From: Raillietiella orientalis
Taxonomy: Eukaryota
Length of the DNA stretch: 64,000 bases
Direction of reading: 5' to 3'
Assembly: GCA_036172245.1 (NCBI GenBank)
Contig: JAYWIR010000003.1
Coordinates: 3,100,001-3,164,000, forward strand
A model generated the notes under the pieces. The model made no database searches and was not told the origin of the DNA. It saw only the letters and a list, made by a program, of their open reading frames with translations. The position numbers and the translations under genes are program-made. Every line of letters begins with the position of its first letter. The first letter of the stretch is position 1. Of the stretch, positions 36,798 to 46,600 are shown in pieces.

Positions 36798-38194
36798 TGT
36801 TATTCGGGGACTTTTTATAAAATATGCATAATAATAAATAAGAAACTATGCAAAATTTTTTGTGTAGTATTGCCTTTTTATAAAATAGTTCTCAATAGCT
36901 TTCTTTAAGTAAATTATAACTTTTACCTCGAAAAGGACATGATTTAGCAGGCATTAATACATGCAAATGATTACCACCCGTAACAAGATTTAAAATTTCT
37001 GAAGCTCAAGGTTGCCAGTATCATGATGAAAGTTATTAATTATTTTCTTGTGAGCTTGAGTAGAAAACAGCCACATGATCAAATTCTTATAAAAGGTTCT
37101 GGATTCCAATGAAAGACTCCAACTGGAAAATGCAAAATCTATTATTTCAAGTGTTCGAAGCGAGGAGTGAAATGCCTGATTTCAACAGACTTTATCAAAG
37201 TTATTTTTTTTACTGGGGTGCGGTCTAAATTGCTAACAGAAACAAAAAAGTGAAAATGCAGATGCATCCCCCCCCCCTCCAAAAAAAAACCTTTTGATTA
37301 CAAGTAAGCAACAAATACTTAAATTTTCCTAGCAAAAGCTGTGTAAGGAGTTGACACAGATAAGCAGTAATAAAACAAATTTACAAGCTCTAAATTTAGG
37401 CAGAATTGCATTCAGGAGATAGATACATTCTCATTTGAACACTATTTGGTAAGTGACCTTTCTCGGAAGCGAACATATCTGCAAACAATAGTTGTCACCA
37501 TTGGCATTTCGCAAGAAAATTTTACGCTTGAGTTTCCACTTTGTCTCCTTAAGTAAACTTGCTTTCTTTGCTTATGTTTGCACTTTCTAAATATTACCAA
37601 AAGTGGAGTCTAGATTGAGTTTCTTTGACAACAAAAATAAAAGCATCCGTATTCGAAAATTCGTAAACAAATAATACGAAGGTTAACGCTTTAGGATCTG
37701 CATATCAAAAGTCACCGCTTTCTATTGATTCTGTTTATTCTAATGAGCTATATTGTTTCATTCTTTTAAGCAGTGCAAACTTATTGATGATTCACTCTGC
37801 ACCTTTTATGAGTTCATTGTGAAATTGAGAATGCTATGCTCGGAGCTGAAGTGTTTGCAGGTAAATAAAAAGGTAATAAAAAAAGCGAATAGCACGCCAC
37901 TTATCTCTCTCTCTAGCATACAAGAACACTCTTTCAAAGAAGTTTTGCTGGCGCATCACGAGATTCAGACCGGACAGGATAATAGGAGAATGTTGAATGT
38001 TACGAGCCCCTGGAAACAAAGCATGAACTGCTAAAACAGTCTAACTTTTCACTCAGTTGAGAAAATGAAAATACAGAAGCTGTACTGTTTTCTTACTAAC
38101 TGTGTGAGTTCTCTAGCATTGTATCCTTTTTCAATGGATAATACAAATCGTCATTTATCCTTATTAATCTTATAAAACAGAAAGCATCTTTCGT

Positions 38195-38385
38195 AATAAA
38201 GTTTCTTTTTCTTTGTCTCCCCTTGACCTATGCTCCCGAGGCGAACCCCTCTGGTCTGCTTGCCAGTTTCCAGCAGGTTCCTTCTCGTAGTTATAAGTAA
38301 CTTGGCAGGATCGAACGTTCTGCCGCAGAAGTATATGTTTATTTTTTATAAATAAACGTTCCGGTGTGACTGGCCGTGTTAACCA
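38195..38385 (+). mobile_element. L1/Tx1-like 3'-UTR-only copy (A)
   Basis: Aligns with 39300-39465: gctcccgaggcgaacccctctggtctgcttgccag vs gctgccaaggagaacctcactagtctgcatgccgg, then tatgtttatt..ttttata..aacg..cggtgt. Confidence 0.6.
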
Positions 38386-38399
38386 GTGCTGCACCTGAA

Positions 38400-39465
38400 T
38401 GGGCCAACCAGTGTCATCCCGCGAAGGGGACACGAAACCCACGCCGCACCCCCGATTTCTCGGTGCCGATCCTCCACGTGGGGATTCTAACCCGCAACTG
38501 GTGGTGCCACGCTCGGAGTCCACAGCCATGCGGTCGCTTATGCGGGCGGAGGAGACCTCAGAAGGCTCCATGTGTGCCCTCTAGTCCTAGTCCGAAAGGA
38601 TTGAAGCTCAGCTGATAGGCAGAATCCAAAAAGGAAAACGTGGCAGCAAGTGTCCTGGTGGGAAACGAACCACCAGACTGAGGACACGCCAGGCGCAAAG
38701 CGGCAGGGCATTTAAGGAACAACAAACTACATCCGCCAACTACCAACTAGGGTGAGCAGCTGGGAATTCCACAGAAACACCTCGAGTGTCCCCCTCCCCC
38801 CCATCGCTGAAGAACAACCGGCCCTCTCCCTGAAGCGGCAGGAGTCGGAACTCCTGCTGCTGCACTGTGGCCTCCCGTGCAATGCCCGCCGGTCTCCCTG
38901 GACCCAGGGGGCTGTGGACCCAAACTGCTGCGGGGAACAGGAATCCTTCCCGCACCTGCTCGTAGACTGTGTTGCCCTCCTGACCCTGTGGTTGCGTTAC
39001 TCAACAGCCCTTGGTGCACCGACGGACAATCGCAAGGACGCCTCTTCGTGCGCGATCCCCAGCAGCTCTATGCTGCTACCTACGCGGGATTGTGGCTGTC
39101 TGGAGTTACGAGAGAGGAGGACGGCATGACAGGACGCCGTCTGCTCCTTCCTGCGCCTCCTGCAGGGGGCAGCAGGATATCTCCACCTGGGGCACACTCG
39201 GGTGGAACTTGCCGGCATCCTGGAAAGGATGCAGAAGACGCCCTCCAGCTCCCAGTGATCCTTTCTCGTGTTCCCCAAAGTTTTTGTTTTTTATTGATTT
39301 TTATTTTTTTTATTTTTGTTTGCCCCTCCGCTGCCAAGGAGAACCTCACTAGTCTGCATGCCGGTCACTCAACAGGTTTCGAGCATTTTCGGATGATGTA
39401 GGGCCAATGACCCTACACATGTATGTTTATTATTTTTATAATGAACGCCGCGGTGTTATTGGGTG
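38400..39465 (+). mobile_element. L1/Tx1-like 5'-truncated copy (B): zf-RVT region plus 3' UTR
   Basis: LSLKRQESELLLLHCGLPCNARRSPWTQGAVDPNCCGEQESFPHLLVDCVALLTLW is colinear with LPLDWQETALLVLHWGLLSRARLSHWTLGRLDAHCTECGETETFPHLLIEC of the 19.3-20.4 kb copy. Same ccccaa + T-tract 3' UTR. Confidence 0.75.
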
Positions 39466-39479
39466 CTGAACCAAACTAC

Positions 39480-41505
39480 ACCCTCAGTCTATTTCCCTGC
39501 AGTGTTCTCCACCAGGAAGCTCCAGAGTCAGTGAAGGCTGCCGGGGGATTTCTCTCGAAACACCTTCCCGCTTTCGTCCAGCGGTATTCGTGTTAAGGAA
39601 ACCTTCCTCTCGGTTTGCGAGTGATTGCTTCGCGAGCAGAGTCACTCAGAACCACCGCTGGCGGGTCAAGAACTCAGCCGCCTGTGAGCCGTGTCCAGTT
39701 CCACAGCACCTTGCTTCTGCACTGCTGTGCAGAAAGATGTCCCATCCACGGCATCCACTAAATGGGCCGGAGTTGCTTGGCGATGTCCCGGACAGGGTTC
39801 CTCCAGCGCCTCGTGCCGGAGCGCGCACCGCGGTCCGATCCGGTCCGGACGAGCGTGCGCGCAGGAGAGAGAGGGAGATCCCACATTATGGAGAGGCTTC
39901 CATCGTCAACCTGGAGGGATCAACTCCTCCAGAGGGGACCCATCAGTGAAGTCAACCAGCACTCCTCTGGAGTATTCGCAGTATCTGCAGCATCCTCTTC
40001 CTCCGGCGTCGTCCCCGATCCTCTTGAAGGGCATGCGGGATGAGGAGACCCGTTTCTCTTTCCCAGAACGAGGTTTGTCGGGAATTTCGAGTCCGCCATC
40101 GGCTTGCCGAAGGGCCGCCGCCAGCTGCGCGCGCGTCACCTCTCTCGATTGGTCCACCGGGCATCTCCAAGGCCTCCTGGTCGTGACATCCGACTGCCCT
40201 CAAGCGGAAAAGTTCTGGGAAAGAAACGGCTGCAGACAACCGGCGGGATAAGACCCCTTCCGCGATTTGGATGGAAAGCGGATAAAATCCCAGGTGGCTG
40301 ATCGGTGGGCACCGTCCTGGACGACGCGCTGACCCTACGGTGACCGGCCGGTGGAGCTTCGTAGCATCGCACCTAGGCTGCCCCCTTGCGGGTCGCTGTG
40401 CGCCACGCGGCCACCGCCATCCCTTGCGCTGAGGAGGGAGGATCCTCGAGAGATGGGCGCCGATGCCCCTGGGCAGGGGAGCTTCACCGAGCTGCGGCAG
40501 GTGTGGAAACAGGAACCGCCCTTCCGTCCCCTCGGGAGCTGTGGCGTGTAGGCGGCTGCGGCTTCCGCGCGCAGCACCGAAAGTCCCGGGTTTGAATCCC
40601 CCCGTGGGACGCTAGGAGGGCTCTAGGATTCTTGGACACGGCGCTGGGATGACGCTCGGCAGGTTGGAGATAGGATGTCTCTGCCGGCCAGCCGGAAGTA
40701 GGGCAGGTCCTCCGTGATCCTCCCTGAAGTCACGGAGCGCCTTAGTTTGTGTCCTAAAGCCTCGACCCTCTGTCCTTCCGGAGTGCGTCCTCCGTCGTGT
40801 TCGTGGAGTTGAAATCCCCCGAAGGGTTTCCAGTGGCCGATTGGCAACGCCCGGCAGCAGTCCCGTTGCAGGGCTTCGTCCCTGGAGGGGTCGGCGCGAT
40901 GATGCTTCGAGAACAGCGCGCGGACCTTCTCCACCCAGCCCTCACAGCGAAGGAGCTGCGCCAGCAGCGGCGGGATGTCGTCCATTTCGCTTCGGAGGTT
41001 CGCTGATGTGGTCCACCTGCGGCAAGGGGAGAGGGAGGAAGGCGCCACTTGCATCGCACGCAGGCTGCAGAAGCTGCGTATGCGGACCCCTCCTGCCCCG
41101 AGGTCAAGAGGTGACCCCTTCCCCTCCCTCCACAAACACACATTTATCGTTCATTTCCCCTCGTTCATCGCCTCCTGGTCCTTTCCTTCCCCAACTTGCA
41201 AGGCAGCTGACTTGGAAGTTCCTCTCCCCCCCCCCCTTAAACTGCTCGCGGGGTCCCAAGCGTGAAGTAAAAACGAGCTCCTGACCATTTTGGATAGCTG
41301 GCGCCCTCGGCGCGAACGGGTGGTCGAGGTGAAGGAAACTCGGAACCTCAGTTCCAGCACAAGACCGCGGGGGGGACTCTGCCAGCACTAGGGTGAGCCG
41401 CTGGGAATTCCATAGAAAGACCTCGAGTGTCTCCCTCCCCCCCATCGCTGAAGAACAACCGCCCCTCTCCCTGAAGAGGCAGGAGTCGGAACTCCTGCTG
41501 CCTGC
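39480..41505 (+). mobile_element. L1/Tx1-like copy (C): decayed, internally deleted ORF2, 3'-truncated
   Basis: 41387-41500 is near-identical to 38746-38860. Upstream relic peptides in L1 ORF2 order: PGGINS (GGDFN-like, ~39915), STGH...FWERN (SDH...WKLN-like, ~40155-40228), DAPGQGSFTELRQVW (PGxDG-like, ~40460-40505). Confidence 0.5.
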
Positions 41506-42603
41506 CCGCTCCTGGAGGATGGGAACAGGGCGGCAAAGAAAGGTCGCTCTACAGCCGGTGCGGAGATGACCGGGATGCAGGTAACGGAAGGTGTCGGTCA
41601 GGAGAGCGAGAGGAAGGAAAAACCCGTGGCGCCAGAAGGAAAGAAAGATACACGAGTCCTCCACTGGGCGAAAAGAATGGCCGGAGGCGGAGCTGTGGTG
41701 TCTACCGACTCCGCGACAGATGCTGTCCGGCGGGAAGAGTCGAAGAGGAACCCCCCGAGGACGAAACAATGCCGCGTCCATCCCACTCTCGGCTTCGGAT
41801 GGAGGTGCAGAAGTGCGGGACCCGCTCCTCAGACGGCGATCACGTCACCGCAGCTATTCCTGCGAGGCGGAAGCGCGCGTGCCCTGCGCCCACCTCTATG
41901 GGGCCTTTTCCTGCTCCGGTCGTGAGGCGCGGGTCGCTTACAGCGTGCTTTCCAGGGTGGGAACGGCTGGGAAGCTCTTCCCTAGCCCTAGCAGCTGCCC
42001 ACTTTCTGCCCAACCCTCAAGAGGGGTGAGAGCAAAGAGAGGGGGAGGCATCCCGTTATCCCCTCCCCCTCCTCCACCACCACCACCACCTCCCCGCGCC
42101 TTCAGCGATGCGACGTCGAACTGTGCCGGTCCACGCGCGGGTGCATTCACTAGAAGACCCCTCAGAGAGGATGGCGGGAAGGAGAGCGAAGTGTTCCGGC
42201 TGCCCGCGGGCGTGATGTCCTCCGGTCTCCGAGCGGACTCCGAGGGGTCGTGACGAATCCTGAGAAGGAAGAAAGGGCGGCAGTCAGGGGGGCGGTCTCT
42301 CCGCGCTAAGCGGCGGCTCTCAAAGGCTCCCGGAAGGCGGATCGGAAGGGAGGAAGAAAAGGAGGAAGATGAGGGACACCCTTCCTTCGGGCACGGGCGA
42401 CTCGCGGCAAGGTTCCCGTTTATTCCTCCAGCTCGGTTCAGGGACCGCTGCCGTCCGTGCCTTCCCCCTCCGCGGGGACGCCCCAGTTCGAGCGGTGGCA
42501 GTTGTTGAGCGATCACAGTCGGCCTCCTTGCGGCAGTGGCAGGTGCGAAAAGGGGGGGTCACCAGCAGCAGCGAGGGGAGGAGGGGGACGACCAGGAGAG
42601 CCC

Positions 42604-43604
42604 TCAGAAGAGGCTCTTCAGGAAGCCCACGGGGTCGGTGGCCTGGAAGCGGAGAAGAAGGAAGATAGAGCGTGGAGGGGGGGGGGGCTCCTTGACCTGA
42701 GATCTACTCGGGTCTTGGGTCCTGGTCGCAGAAGAGGCTGCCGGAGACGCCCGCATCTTAGCGATGTACCTGGAATAAGGCGGAGGAGGAGGAGGGCCGT
42801 CTCGGAAGAAGAAAAAAAAGGAAGGGGAGGAAGATGGAGGGGGAGCAAACGACTCCGCTCGTTCTCCTCTTCCTCCCCCCCCCCTTTCCCCGAGAGAGAA
42901 GGAGAGGGATGAGCCGCTCACTCCTGCAGCTGCTTGATCTGGTTGTCCTTCTCCGCTTGCTCCTCCTGCAGCATCTTCATCAGGCTGAACAGCCTCTCCA
43001 GCTCTTCCTGCGTGTGCCTCAGCTCCTCCTCGGCCCGCGCCAGCTTCTCCTGGCACTCGCTGTGCTCCTTCCGAGCAGCGTCCAGCTCCGCGTTGAGCCT
43101 TCCAAAGTCTCTGCCCATCTCCTCGTCCCCGATGCCTCCTCGGGACTTCTCGGGGAAGGAAGCAAGGGAAGAGAGGGAAGGGCAAAGTCAGCTGGCTGCC
43201 GAAAATCGAGACGCCGTTCCCTCACCTCGGCTTCCTTCCTCACTTCCTCTTCTATCCTGCGGATCTCCTCCTCCTTTCGGTCGAGCTCCTTCGCCCTCTC
43301 TTCCAGGCTGCGCCGGGCCTCTTCGACCAGCTGCTGCTGCTGCGGGGCGGCCGCCGCCTGCCTTTCGAGCTCCGACTAGAAGGGAAAGCGGAGGCGGACG
43401 CAAGGACAGGAAGGGACGCGGGGAGTGGGAGGAGGAGAGAGCGGGCGTCCACCTTGAGTGACCTCCCTTTCCCCAGAGCCATTCTCACCCTCGCCTTCTC
43501 TAGCTCCTTCTCCAGCTGACGCAGCTGCCCCTCCGTTCTCTCCTTCTCCTGCTTGACTTTGGACAGCTTGTCGGTCAGCTCTTCTAGCTCTCTCTTTGGC
43601 ACGA

Positions 43605-43636
<32 letters not shown>

Positions 43637-46600
43637 GCAGCTTTCGTCTGTCTCTTTGCCGTCTCCTCCAGCTGGGATCGCAGCTCCTCCTTCTCCTTGG
43701 ACAGGGAGCGGACCTGAGCCTGCAGCAGCTTCTCGGCCTCCTTCTCGGCCGCCCTGGCCTGCTCCAGGGCCTCCAGCCTCTGGCGCAGTTCCTCGGACCG
43801 CTGTCTCTCCTTGCGCAGCTCCTCTCGGGAGGCTTCGACCTCCCGTCGCGCTCCTTCCTGGAGGGCGGTCATCTGCTTTTCCCTCTCCCGGAGGGCCCGG
43901 GTCGCCGCCTTCTGCTCCTCCTCTCCGGCCCCAGCTCCCTCACTGCGCAGCCTCTCCAGCTCCGCGTCGGTGTGCTGCAGCTCCTGCTGGAAGCTGACCA
44001 GCATGTCCTGGGACTTTTCCAGCTGCAGGACCAGCTGGTCCCTCTCCGCCATCAGCTGCCGCAGCTCGGCGTTCAGCCGGAGGGCCTCCTTCTCCCACTT
44101 GTCCCTCCTCTCCAGGGCGGTCTTTAGGCGCCCATTCTCCTCGCCCAGGGCCCGGACCTCCGCCTGGCAGCGGGAGACCTCGGCCGCGGCGGCGGCCAGC
44201 TCCTGCTCCAGCTGCCGTCGGAGGTGCTGGACGGCGCCGGGGTCCGCGGCGGCGTGGGCGGTGGCCGCCGCCCTGCGGTTCAGCTCCTCCTGCAGCACGT
44301 CCCTCTCCTCCTCGGACCGCCGCAGCTCGTTCGCCGTGCGGTCCAGACGCTCGTGCAGCTTCTCCATCTCCTGCAGCATCTTCTCAAACTCGACCTTGGC
44401 GGCCTCGTTGGCATCCTGGTACTTGGCGATCCTCTGTTCCCCTTCCTCTAGCCTCCGGCGCAGCTCCGCCACCTCTGCCTGCGCCTTCTCGGCAGCGGCG
44501 GCTCCCGCGCTGGCAGTACCACGGTGGTCGTGCGCCCTCAGCAGGCGGTCCATCTCGGAGTGGGCATGCTGGAGCTGCTCCTGCAGGATCGCGTTCTCGG
44601 ACTCCAGGGACTCCGTCCCGCGGCGGAAGCGTTCCTGCTCCTCCAGCCTCTCCTGGAGGATGAGCACTTCCTCCCTCGCCTCCTGCAGCTCGCGCTCCAG
44701 CATTTTCCTCCTCCACTTTCCTGCCTTCCTGATCGTCCGCCTGCCTTTCCTCCTCCTCCTTCGTTCCCCGTCCTCGTCCAGTTCCTCCGCCTCCTCCTCC
44801 CCTTCCTCCTCCTCGTCCTCCTCCCCATCTCCGTCTTCCTCGTCCTCTTCGTCTTCCGCGGCGGCGGCGACGGAGGGCGCGTGCGGCGGCGGCTCCCGGT
44901 AGGGTGTGGTCTCCATCAGCCGCATGAGCTCCTTCTGCTTGTTCTCCAGCTCGCGGCTCAGCTTCTCGTTCTCCTGGACCGCCTTGCCGCGGCTGCCCTC
45001 CAGGTACATCACTTCCACGCGCAGCTTCTCGCCCTCCTTCTCCGCCCGCTCCAGCTGGGCCCGCGCCCGCTCCAGGTCCTCCCGGGCCTTCTCCAGCTTG
45101 TCCCGCAGTCTCTCTCCTTCGAGCTGCAGCCTCTCCGCCCGCGCCTGCAGCCGCTCCTCCGCCTCCTCGCGCTCGCGCGCCCGCGTCTGCTGCTGCTCCA
45201 GCTCCGCTCGCGCGCACTCGCGCCCTTCCAGGAGCAGCTCGCGGTCGGACTGGCACTTGGTCAGCTCCCTCTGTAGCTGCTGTAGACGGTTCTGGGCGCT
45301 CTCCAGCTGCGCCCGCAGTTGCGTCGCCTCCAGCGAGCTGCGCTCGCGGGTCGCCTGCGACGCGCCCGCCTGTGCCCTCAACTGCTCCGCCTCCTGCATG
45401 GAGCGCCTCAGCGCCTCCTGCAAGGAGTCCCTCTCGGACTGCGCGCTGTGCAGCTCGGCCTGGCCACGCTCATGCTGCTCCTGGAGCTGCCAGATCTTCT
45501 GGTACAGCGCGTCTGCCTCCTTCCGGCTCTTCTCGCTGGCTTGCTCCAGCTTCGCGGACGCCCGCTCGCACGCCTCCTGCAGGCTGGCACGCTCCTCCTG
45601 CAGGCGCCGATTCTCCTCGCGCGCCTTTTGCGCGGCCTGCTGTTCCCTTTCCAGGTCCGACCTCTGGCGGGAGCACTCCTTGTGGAGGTGGTCCGCCCGG
45701 GACTGCAGGCTGGCCAGCTCCGAGGCGTTCCTGGGGGCAGAAAGAGGGGGGAGAGGGAACGCTGGTAAGGGGCGCCGAGATCCCTCCTCACCTTTCCGCT
45801 TTGGCTGCCATCCTCTTCAGCTCCTCCCGGAGCGCGTCCCGTTCCTCCTCTGCTTTGAAAGCCTGCGACTTCGTTCGGTCCAGCTTTTCCTTCATCTGGG
45901 TCAGATGCTTCAGCAGCTCCTCCTTCTCCTGGCGCGACCGCTCCGAGCTGGTCTCCTTCATCAGGGACTGGTCCCTGAGCACCGCGATCTCGGCCTGCAG
46001 GGACTCCTTCTCCTTCTGCATCCTCTGCTGGTTAGTCTGCAGGGACTCCAGCTTCCCGCTCAGCTGCTCCGTCTCGTTCTTCAGCATCTCCTTTTCCTTC
46101 AGCGCCTTCATCAGCTGCGCCTGGATCAGGGAATAGCACGACGTCATCGCCTCCCTCCGCGCCGACTCCTTTTCGATTCCGCCCCCTTCCGTCCCTGACG
46201 ACCTTCCTTTCTTCCACCCCCCTTCCTCCTGGCCCCACTCGGTGCCGCGCCTTCCCGTCCTCCCTTTCGTTGGAGATCCCCCGCTCCCCCTTCCAAAGCA
46301 TCCCTTCCCGACTGCGGCTCCCCTTCTCCGATCCCTGCCCGACCTGCGTCTTTTCCGCCTTCTCCTTCTGCTTGACGCTCTCCTCCATGGCGAGCTCCTT
46401 CTCCCTCTGCAAACGGGACGCGTGCCCTAGGTGCTTGTCCACCTGTGTCTGGAGACCATCGCACTCGTCCAGAAGCCTCTCCTTCTCCATGGACACCTGT
46501 GGGAGGGAAAGAGGAGGCGCTAGGAGGGGGAAGCCCCGCGCACCCCTTACCTTCTTCATGTCTGCCTGGCAACGCTCTAGTTTCCCCTGAAGCTGGTCCA

